Assembly (NCBI RefSeq): GCF_006345805.1
Contig: NC_043003.1
Location: forward strand, 18,848,001-18,912,000
Reading direction: 5' to 3'
Length of the DNA stretch: 64,000 bases
DNA from: Octopus sinensis
Taxonomy: Eukaryota
Part shown: positions 53,556 through 64,000 of the stretch, in pieces
Position numbering within the stretch: position 1 is the first letter of the stretch
Layout: each line of letters starts with the position of its first letter
Notes under the pieces: model-generated
What the model saw: the letters and a program-made list of their open reading frames with translations, nothing else
Told to the model about the DNA's origin: nothing
Database searches by the model: none
Program-made: the position numbers and the translations under genes

Positions 53556-54816
53556 ATGTACATGTATGCTAAGTATACCACAAATATATATTTTTGCATA
53601 TTCTGCATATAATTCTTTTTTTTTTTTTACCAAATCTTAAATCCAATTTTTGATTCTTCAGCTGTATTTGAAATAGAATTTTTAACTCAATCTAAAAAAG
53701 TGAAAAATATGTCACAGGCAGTTTAGAGTTTAATTCTCAGACCAGAGGAAATCAGATATGCCCTAAGCCATCAGATTAGTCTGGCTAATGTGTGTGTGTG
53801 TGTTTTCTTTTTTAATAATGTTTGTATACTGGTCCTCAATCTTTTCTATTTCACTGCCCTCTTTGACTGGATGGCATTTTAAACTTCTTCCTTCTACTTT
53901 GCCAGAAAAAAAAACCTAAAAACTACTGCAGACTATTTTAATCAAATAGAAACTGATTTCATACTGTGATTTATGGTCCGTATTTTCTTATATAATCTCC
54001 CTGTAGTATATATGTGTCTCATTTTACATATTTGTGTTGATTTATGGCATTAAATTTTCCTCATTATCATCCACTTTTCCATGCTTACATGGGTCAGGTG
54101 GTTTATTGAGGTAAATTTTTCCACAGCTGGATGCCCTCCTTATTGCCAACCCTCACCTATTTCCAAGCAAGGCAATATTTTCCTATGGCCAGGTATGTTT
54201 TTCGCATAAGACTGGAAATGAACGACACTGCTTGTATGACAGTGATATTTATTTACAGCAATCACATAATATCAAAACAAGGACACACACACACAAATCC
54301 ATCCAGCCACACATGCATGCATGCACATATTGATCAGCCTTCTTTCAGTTTCTGCCTACCAATCCCAGGATTTTTTTTTTTATCTTGGACTTATTCCATC
54401 GGTGTTTTTTGCCAAACCATTTAGTTACATAGAAGTAAACAAACCAATGCTGGTTATCAAGTGGTGGTGGGAGACAAACACTCACACACACACATATATA
54501 TATATGTATGTGATAGGCCGTTTTCAGTTTCTGCCTACAAAATCCACTAACATGGCTTTGGTTGGTCTGGGGTTATAGTAGAAGATACTTGTCCAAGGTG
54601 CCTTACAGTGAGATTGTACCCAAAACCATGTGCTTGGGAGAGAAGCTTCTTAACCATGCAGAAAGTTCTTGAACACAGTTAAAATATATTTTTTTCAATT
54701 TTCTCCAAAAAAATTAATCATCTGTAAAAATCTTTTACAAAACCAGATTAACATAGACTTGATGGAAGACATGAAGAAAGCTAAGGTTTTTTATCAAATC
54801 TGTGGTCATATTTTTA

Positions 54817-55382
54817 AATGGTTGTCTGGAAAGTTCATGCCGATTTTGAAAGGAAAGAAAAAGGTCAATAAAGACTTGCCATTACATTTTTAATCAACCA
54901 AATATAAACCATTTTGTAGCACAATGCGTCTCCATCTTTCCTTTAACTTGAAAATACCCTCTTCCCAGAATTGAGGTGGTTTCATGGCAAAGAATTCAAT
55001 AAGGTATCTTTTTACATCATCCAAGGAATCTAAATTTTTACCATTAAGACTATTCTGCAGAGACCTGAATAAGTGGAAATCCGAAGGAGCAATATCTGGT
55101 GAATATAGAGGGTGGGGTAACACATCCCAGCCGAGCTGCAGCAATTTTTGTCTGGTTCCCAAAGCATCAAGTGCCGAAAATGAACTTTCTTATCTTCCAT
55201 TTTAAAAGGTTACAGAATTAACACAGGTTATAGGAACATAAATCTTCTTCCACGAAAAGATAGCTTAAACTCTGCTCTAAATGGAGGTGCAGTCAAATCC
55301 TATTTTATGGATTCAACCATGTTCTAAAATAAGTCGAAAGGTAAGCTACTATAAATCAGCACAAACTTTCCGGACAACATAA
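54817..55382 (-). mobile_element. Internally deleted mariner (Tc1/mariner DD34D) element
   Basis: Imperfect ~28-bp TIRs (GTTGTCYGGAAAGTTYRTGCYGATTT) flanked by TA. The transposase N-terminus MEDKKVHFRHLMLWE (ATG at 55200) is fused out of frame to the C-terminus GTRQKLLQLGWDVLPHPLYSPDIAPSDFHLFRSLQNSL...ERWRRIV* (54890-55162). Confidence 0.95.
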
Positions 55383-55643
55383 TATTTTAAGATATATAGT
55401 TTTTTTGAAGAATGTATTTTTTTTCTAAAATTCTACATGTACGTACATGCTTACATGCATACATATATGTGTGTACACACAATGACTGGCATTTATAGCA
55501 ACAAATACTAACAGATGTGATAATAAATGACAACCACAGAATATTTGAATTGAGCCAATAAATATTATATTAAATCTAAAAGTACATGGTATTTATAGTT
55601 TACAGTTGCACTCAGACAACAGTGGAGTGTATGTGTGTATAAG

Positions 55644-55713
<70 letters not shown>

Positions 55714-56515
55714 AATACACACACATATACATTATATGTAGTTGCCTAGGTATTTGACCATATACATACATACATACATTAACCATGGTCATACATACAA
55801 ATACACACACACAATCACACGGAATTATTTTTCGGTTGACAAAGGGTATTACTGTTGAGATTTATTTATTTATTCAGTTTTACATCCCTCCTGTGTAATA
55901 TATACCGTTGATGGTGTAGTTCTTGTAAACATCTTAAACCTTAGGAATCTTTTTTTTTTCAATTCACCTCTGCCGATTTCTTCCTCGTTCTCTCCACCAC
56001 CCCACCCCCACACACACCTATTGTTTCCTTCTATAGAATTGTGTATTTTAGTTATTTTTCACTACTAGTGTTTCTAAAAATAGCAAAACCAATTTCACAA
56101 GATTCCCAATGTGAATGTCACTTCATCCTTACAGGAACCGACTGGCTGGGTGGTGATAGGTGTTTATCGGGTATTGAAATAAAAATAATAATAATAACAA
56201 AGGGTAGTTTGCATACGATGATGTAATAATGAATTTTTTTTTTAATCCCTGAAAAAAACTAAATTACATATACACACACACTCACACTCATATGTATACA
56301 TACATGCACACATCCATACATATATATATATGCCTGTATACTCTATGTTTTATATATGTATGTTACTGTTTCTTTGCTATATATATATATATTTCTATTT
56401 TTATTTTATATTTATGTGTATAATTATATATATGCATGTATATGTGTGTGTATATAGCTAATACAGCTTTACACTTCATAAAATCTAGACCTTGTCTATT
56501 CTTTCTTTTTCCTCT

Positions 56516-56546
<31 letters not shown>

Positions 56547-57168
56547 CTCTCCAAGAGATGGGATTTCTCTTTCTTATTTTCTCTTTTTTTTTAATGAATT
56601 TCTTCATTTCTCCATTTGCTTGTTTGTTTGTTTATGCATTTCTTGCATTGACAATCATATGACAATTGAGCATATGTTGTGTTGATAGAAAACAATGTTT
56701 GACTGGGGGAAAGAGATAGCTGTTGTCAAGTTTGAAATGATGTCAACCAAAAGGAACCACCAGCACCGCCACAGCCACAGCCCTCTCCACCCCACCCCAC
56801 CCCTATTCTCTACAACAGGTTCTCCTGTTCCTGATGACACCACTGCCATCAGCCAGTAGTTAAACATGTATGTCGAAACATCTAATTACATACATGCTCA
56901 CCACATGCTCCCCTCCCCTCCCTGTATCAATACTTGTTGCCTCATCGCTAACCTTCCTCATTTCTTTGATTCCCTGAGTACGTATGTATGTGCTTGTCTG
57001 GGTATACATGTCTGTGTATGTATGCCTATGCAATGCCTACACCCCTATTACGCTCACACACATATACACGCTCACATGCATTCATATAAACTTTCTCAAA
57101 ATAATTGACACACCCCTCTCTTTTTTTTCTTTTATGTCTACCTGTTTTTCCTTTTAGTTTTATATATG

Positions 57169-57199
<31 letters not shown>

Positions 57200-58009
57200 T
57201 TTACTTTCACTTTCTTGAACAGCCAGCTTTTAGAAACGCATGTACACACACACTCATACATACATGTGCAGATGTTCAGGTTCGTTTTATTAACTACCCC
57301 TCCACTCTTGCTCTCCCTGTCTATCTCTCTCTCTCTCGCTCTCTCTCTCTCTTCCTCGCACATGATTACGTAATGCTGACATCATCTTGCAACACAGACC
57401 CATAGATGCATGCAGTTGTGGCTGGGCTGTATCAAGTCACTGCTGTACATAGCATTAACTAAAAATTGAGCATTCAGTCACTTAACAAAATACAGTCTCG
57501 CTCTTCTTGCAGACTCTTATACTATATAATGCACTCTTCCGAACCACTTCATGCTAGTCATCTATCTGCATATCAGCGAGAAGGGCTGTTTGTTTGTTGT
57601 TCATTCTTGTTAATCAAAATCCATCTATTGATAACCAAAATGCTGAAGTTAAACACATAAATACAAAGAAAACATCGTAAAAGGAAAAGATATCAAGCAC
57701 ATTCTGTTAACGATTTTTAGCATTAAAATTATTTGCTTGTGTGTGTGGTTGGTAGTTTATTAATTTTTTGGAAAATTTAATATTTTTTGCTTTTTCCCTT
57801 TATCTCATACACAGTATATTCAGTGCAAAATAAAAGGTACCCCATTGCATCAGAAGGGGAGCAGATCTGTGATGCCCTCCCCATTCCTGCATGCTTTGAT
57901 TCCTCTCCTTGATAAATTATTGGTTATTCTTTATTCTGCTTACGATCTACCCCCCTCACTCTCTCATTATTATCATCATTATTGTCATCATTATTATTAT
58001 TATTATTAT

Positions 58010-58938
58010 TAGTATTTAAGCAGTGAGTTCATTGAATAGGAAGAGTGACAGACAAAATGTCTTTCTGCATTTAGATGCTTTCCTCCCTTTATGTTCCAGG
58101 TTCAAATCCCGTTGAAGTCAACTTTGACTGTTATCCTTCTGGAATGGTCAGCTGCTGGTTTCATATAATCAGTTATGCACCCACTAAATTTGAAGCCTTG
58201 TACCTTTGCAGCATCAGCAGAGCATCAATCCAAATCCTTGTATTCATTTCAACTTTTTACATTTTTGAATGCAAATCTCATTTAGGTTAACTTCACCTTA
58301 TATCCTCCTGGAGTTGATAAAATATGGGATATAACAAATAATAGAGTCTATTTTATCAACCAATCCCCAGTTTTCAAGTTTTGTACTTCAGCTATTATTA
58401 TTATTATTATCATCACCATCATCATTATCACCATCATCATTATCACCATCATCATCATCATCATCATTATTATTATTATTTCATCGAGCTAGCAGAATCA
58501 TTAGCATGCTGGATGAAATGCTTAGCAGTATTTTGCCCATCACTATGTTCTGAGTTCAAATTTTCCAAGGTTGGCTTTGCCTTTCAACCTTCCGGGGTTG
58601 ATAAATCATGTGCCAGTGAAACACAAGGGGGAGGGTGTCGATGTAATGGACTATTCCCCTCCTACAAAATTTCAGGCCCTATGCCTTTAGTAGAAAGGAT
58701 TATTATTATTATTATTATTATTATTGAGGTGGCGAGCTGGCAATCATTAGCACACCAGGCAAAATGCCTAGCAGCATTTCATCCGTCTGCTCATTTTGAG
58801 TTAAGATACTACCAGGGTCAACTTTGCCTTTCATCCTTTCAGAATCAATAAAATAAGTACTGGTGGAACACTGGGGTTGATGTAATCAACTTAACCCCTC
58901 CCCTAAAATTGCTGGCTTTCTGCAAAAATTTGAAACCA

Positions 58939-58981
<43 letters not shown>

Positions 58982-61680
58982 GTGGTGAGCTAGCAAAATC
59001 ATCAGCATGCCAGGCAAAAAGCTTAGCAGCGTTTCTTCTGTCTGTATATTCTGATGAGTTAAAATATTGCCAGGGGTCAAATTTGCCTTTCATCCCTTTG
59101 AGATCGATGAAATAAGTACCTGTTGAGCACTGGGGTTGATCCAATCAACTAGCCCCCTCCTCCCAAATTTCAGGCCTTATGCCTATAGTAGAATGGATTA
59201 TTATTATTATTATTAAGACAGCGAGCTGGCAGAATTGTTACCAGAATTGTTAGCAGCATTTCATCCATCTTTACATTCTAAGTTCAAATTCCACTGAAGT
59301 CGACTTTGTCTTTCATCCTTTTGGGGGTCAATAAAATAAGTACCAGTTGAACACTAGGAGGGGGTCAATGTTATCAACTTTCCTCCTCCCCCCAAAATTG
59401 CTATCATATGTCAAAATTTGAAATCATTATTATTATTAAGATAGTAAACTGGCAGAATCATTTGCATGTTGGACAAAATACTTGGCAGCATTTTTTCCAT
59501 TTCTTTATGTTCTGCATTTAACCCTTTTGCTACCAACCCGGCTGAAACTGGCTCTGTAGTACAAATGTCTTGTTTTCATAAGTTTTGAATTAAAATCTTC
59601 CACCAAACCTTAGTCACAATTTGTTCTTAACACTAGCTTAATGATAACTAAGTTATTTTACTAAATTCTTTGCTATTTCAAATTAATTGAAAGAAACACA
59701 GAGCATCTCAACTGAAATACAGTAACAAAAGGGTTAAAATATATAAAAGAGAAACAATTCTTAACCTTTTGTAACCAACCTGGCTGAAACCGCCTCTGTA
59801 GTATAAATGTATTGTCCTCATAAGTTTTGAATTAAAATCTTCCACCAAACCTTAGTCATAATTTATGTTCCTAACACTAGCTTAATGACAACTAAGTTAT
59901 TTTACTAAATTCTTTGTTATATTTCAAATTAGTTGAAAGAAACACAGAGTATCTCAAAATAAATAAGATAACAAAAGGGTTATGGTCAACTTCACCTGTC
60001 ATCCTTTCAGGGTTGATAAAATAAGTACCAGTTAAGCACTATGATCAATGTAATTGACTAAGTCCCTTCCCACCAAATCTCAGGCCTTGTGCCTTTAGTA
60101 GAAAAGATTATCATTATTATTGAGGGGGAAAGCTGACAGAATTGTTTGTTCATAGACAAAATGTTTAGCAGCATTTCTTCCATCTTTTTACATTCCTAGT
60201 TCAAACTCTACCAAGGTTGACTTTGTCTTTCATCCTACCAGGGTTGATGATATAAGTACCTGTTGAGCACTGGGCTTGATGTAATCAACTAGCCTTCTCC
60301 CTCCAAATTTCAGGCCTTGTTCCTATAGTAAAAAAGATTATTATTATTATTATTAAGACAGCGAGCTGGCAGAATTGTTACCAGAATTGTTAGCAGCATT
60401 TCATCCATCTTTACATTCTAAGTTCAAATTCCACTGAAGTCGACTTTGTCTTTCATCCTTTTGGGGGTCAATAAAATAAGTACCAGTTGAACACTAGGAG
60501 GGGGTCAATGTTATCAACTTTCCTCCTCCCCCCAAAATTGCTATCATATGTCAAAATTTGAAATCATTATTATTATTAAGATAGTAAACTGGCAGAATCA
60601 TTTGCATGTTGGACAAAATACTTGGCAGCATTTTTTCCATTTCCTTATGTTCTGCATTTAACCCTTTTGCTACCAACCCGGCTGAAACTGGCTCTGTAGT
60701 ACAAATGTCATGTTTTCATAAGTTTTGAATTAAAATCTTCCACCAAACCTTAGTCACAATTTGTTCTTAACACTAGCTTAATGATAACTAAGTTATTTTA
60801 CTAAATTCTTTGCTATTTCAAATTAATTGAAAGAAACACAGAGCATCTCAACTGAAATACAGTAACAAAAGGGTTAAAATATATAAAAGAGAAACAATTC
60901 TTAACCCTTTTGTAACCAACCTGGCTGAAACCGCCTCTGTAGTATAAATGTATTGTCCTCATAAGTTTTGAATTAAAATCTTCCACCAAACCTTAGTCAT
61001 AATTTATGTTCCTAACACTAGCTTAATGACAACTAAGTTATTTTACTAAATTCTTTGTTATATTTCAAATTAGTTGAAAGAAACACAGAGTATCTCAAAA
61101 TAAATAAGATAACAAAAGGGTTATGGTCAACTTCACCTGTCATCCTTTCAGGGTTGATAAAATAAGTACCAGTTAAGCACTATGATCAATGTAATTGACT
61201 AAGTCCCTTCCCACCAAATCTCAGGCCTTGTGCCTTTAGTAGAAAAGATTATCATTATTATTGAGGGGGAAAGCTGACAGAATTGTTTGTTCATAGACAA
61301 AATGTTTAGCAGCATTTCTTCCATCTTTTTACATTCCTAGTTCAAACTCTACCAAGGTTGACTTTGTCTTTCATCCTACCAGGGTTGATGATATAAGTAC
61401 CTGTTGAGCACTGGGCTTGATGTAATCAACTAGCCTTCTCCCTCCAAATTTCAGGCCTTGTTCCTATAGTAAAAAAGATTATTATTATTATTATTATTGG
61501 TGGATTAGCAGATTCATTAGGGTCAAACAAAATCCTATCGAGACCAACTTTGCCTTTCATCCTTTCGGGGTCGATAAATTAAGTGCCAGTGTAGCACTGG
61601 TGTTGATGTAATTGACTAGTCCAATCTCCCAAAACTTCAGGCCTTATGCCTTTAGCAGAAAGGATTGTTATTATAATTAT
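58010..61680 (+). repeat. Head-to-tail array of about ten family D SINEs separated by (ATT)n, with nested family E MITE pairs
   Basis: A recurrent GAGCTGGCAGAATC head (58486, 58733, 58986, 59222, 59445, 60128, 60362, 60585, 61268, ~61500) follows each (TTA)n run. MITEs at 59518-59737, 59761-59982, 60658-60877 and 60901-61123. Confidence 0.9.
59198..61497 (+). repeat. Near-perfect tandem duplication, unit ~1140 bp
   Basis: Sequence from 59221 recurs from 60361 (offset 1140, and 1141 after a 1-bp insertion at ~60906). About 3 differences were seen. Confidence 0.95.
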
Positions 61681-62242
61681 TGACATCGATAATAAGAAAT
61701 TCTCAAGAGAGCCAAACAGCAGGTCTTCAGAGAAGAAACCCACCTCAGGCGAGTGTTTTGGCCCTTAACTTCTTAAACTCTAAGGAAACTGGACTGCATC
61801 CATGTCATGACTCTTGGGTAACCTTCTGGTGATACTTTTTTGCTACTTGGAAAAAGAAAAAAAAAAAAGTACCAGTAAGTACTAGGGCTTATACAAGCAA
61901 CTCTATCCTCCTATCAAAATTTCTAGCCTTGTGTCTGTGCAAGAAATCATTTTTTTTTTATCGTTAATCATATACAGTATTATCACTATTTGAATATATA
62001 TTGATGGGTCAGTTGGTAATATTGGCTAAATAATTGTATTTCTCCCGTCACTGCTTCTTATCTGTTGCTACAGTTTACTTCACTTCTAGACTGAATAAAC
62101 ATTTGTATCTAACTACATTATTTGTGTACACATGTACACATCTATCTTTTGCTTAATAATTAACATTCTCTTTTTTTTTTGTTGTTGCTTGTTTTAAACT
62201 CAGCAGGTTAGATTTTGTTGGGTTTTTTTTTTTTTTCTCCAG

Positions 62243-62544
62243 TTTTCCTCCTATGCATTTTTGGGGCAAAGAAATATATTCAGATCAGGTATGGGGACAT
62301 GTGTTGTTGCAGTGTGTCACTGCGTCCACCGGTCACCAGTAATCTGCTTGGGTCATCCCAGGCAAATCTCCTAACAGTGTCCCAGTCAGTCCCTATCTCC
62401 GAAAGATATATCCCCATCCATCATGACCGTGAGGCATGTGGCCAACCAACACAAGCCATCACCCCAACTGGATCCTCACAGAAGAGAACACAGTACACAG
62501 GATCCAGCTCAGTAAATGTTACAGGGCAACCCTGCTTCTGTTGA
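62243..62544 (+). CDS. Candidate terminal coding exon of an unknown plus-strand gene
   Basis: Strong acceptor (long T run then CTCCAG| at 62242), followed by non-repetitive, GC-richer sequence open for 100 codons in phase 1 (VFLLCIFGAKKYIQIRYGDMCCC...GQPCFC*). No homology recognised. Confidence 0.35.
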
Positions 62545-64000
62545 AGCCATAACAGAATATAACTACCACAGTCTGTAAAGTGGTTAGCAAACAAGTGGAG
62601 ATTACATAGGGTCTAAAAGGTTTCTTTAGTCTTGTCAAGGACACAGCTACCTTTCTAGTGTAAGTGCTATGATAAAATATGCACCCAGTCATGTGATCAC
62701 ATGACCCACCTGGCTATCAGGTGTTGTTACACATCGCTTGTCACAATGCACTTTTGCATTGTTTTAGCCTTCAAATAATGCCATCCCAATGGCTAGGCGA
62801 GGCAGGCCAACATTCCCACTGATTGAAATGGAGGCTGGAGCAATGTGAAATGAAATGTTTTGCTCAAGAACACAACACACCGCCCAGTCAGGGAATTGAA
62901 CCCGTGATCTAGCTATCATGCGTGCAACAGCTTAACCACTAGGCCATGCATCCAGCACACTATGTAAAGTGTTTGGTGATAAGAAGGGCATTTCAAACTT
63001 ATAATCGAGTTCAAAAGGAAATATACTAGCAAAATGTAATCCTCCAACCTCTCTTAGTGGGCAGCAATTCCCAAATAAGAACTGACTCAGTCTGTGACAA
63101 CCTGCCAACCCATTCTAGTTTGGAAAGCAGGTGCAAAACAACAAAGTTGTATTATAGAAATGTAAAGTTGACTCCAGTATTCGGTTGGCACTTATTTTGG
63201 TGAGCCTAAAAGGTGAAAAAAAATAAATATATAAATGCGCCCTTTTAAAGCCTAGCCAGGCTCATGGGCCTGGTTTCTATGGCGTATGTGTTCCCCCTGC
63301 TGGACAGGACGCCAGTCCATCGCAGCGTTACTCATTTTTGCCAGCTGAATGGACTGGAGCAACGATAGGAAAAGGAGAGGAAGGAGAGAGAGTTAGATAG
63401 ATACACTTACTAGATTGGGAGAGAAATAGATGGTGAAGGAGATGCATTAGAACATACCCACAAAGTACAGTGGGGGGAACATAAATAGTACAAAGAGGAT
63501 ACAGGGTTTCATAAGAGTGTGTAGGAAGATGTCTAGAGAGGGCGCCTTCATTTATTTTTACACTTTTTCAAAGACATGCACAAACTAAGGCAGATGAAAC
63601 TGATAGATTAGAGTTGTATGAGATATTATTTTTACAGCCTTACATTTCTGAATTGAAATACTATCAAGCATATCTTTAGCGTTCACTATCATTATTTTGT
63701 GGTTGAATAAAATAAGGTGAACTTGAGTAACCAGCGCTTTGCAATTTAATCAAAGTGTTGATAGTAATACAGTGTCTTTTTTATGACTTGTCAGTTCAAA
63801 AGATATTTTGTATGTTAGATAAACTGAAGTAGAGTTTTTTCTTTGTCAAGGTTTGTCATTATTGGGACACAAATATTTTTAATAATTGTTGCGTGAGAAC
63901 AGGTGAAAAAGCTTTATGGTTAGATATTGAGACAGTTCAGAGAACAACCATAAAAACTTCATGATGCATTTATGTAAATAAGAGAATTTTTCTGGTGAAA

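Noticed and set aside
54890-55162. Functional transposase or SETMAR-like host gene
   Set aside because: Only the C-terminal ~90 aa remain, out of frame with the ATG, inside TIRs.
58381-58851. His/Tyr-rich 156-aa ORF
   Set aside because: It is (CAT)n/(TAT)n microsatellite plus SINE sequence.
58010-61680. tRNA gene cluster
   Set aside because: The heads have A/B-box-like motifs but no complete cloverleaf, and they continue into SINE bodies.

Overview
AT-rich, repeat-dense animal genomic DNA. The SINE/RTE families and (TA/CA/ATT/CAT)n content look like an Octopus (coleoid cephalopod) genome; the species call is inferred. The only confidently recognisable host gene segment is the first coding exon of liprin-alpha (PPFIA/syd-2) on the minus strand (19429-19668). 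It is followed by an intron of more than 19 kb that holds an ~8 kb microsatellite field. A relatively CpG-rich promoter-like zone (~18.5-21.5 kb) also carries a candidate divergent plus-strand exon (ending at 20688, GTAAGT donor) that is phase-compatible with a candidate terminal exon at 62243-62544. The rest is tRNA-derived SINEs (at least 4 families), 5'-truncated RTE and other LINE fragments, piggyBac-like and hAT-like MITEs, an internally deleted mariner, a CpG-decayed 5S rRNA pseudogene and a tandem SINE array with a near-perfect 1.14 kb duplication. The most notable unannotated structures are an inverted pair of Penelope-type minimal hammerhead ribozyme motifs, a ~240 bp intronic inverted repeat, two compact hairpins and a strand-specific cluster of UGCAUG motifs. 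Nearly all ORFs in the supplied track are microsatellite or repeat artefacts. Repeat boundaries were read by eye and are approximate.
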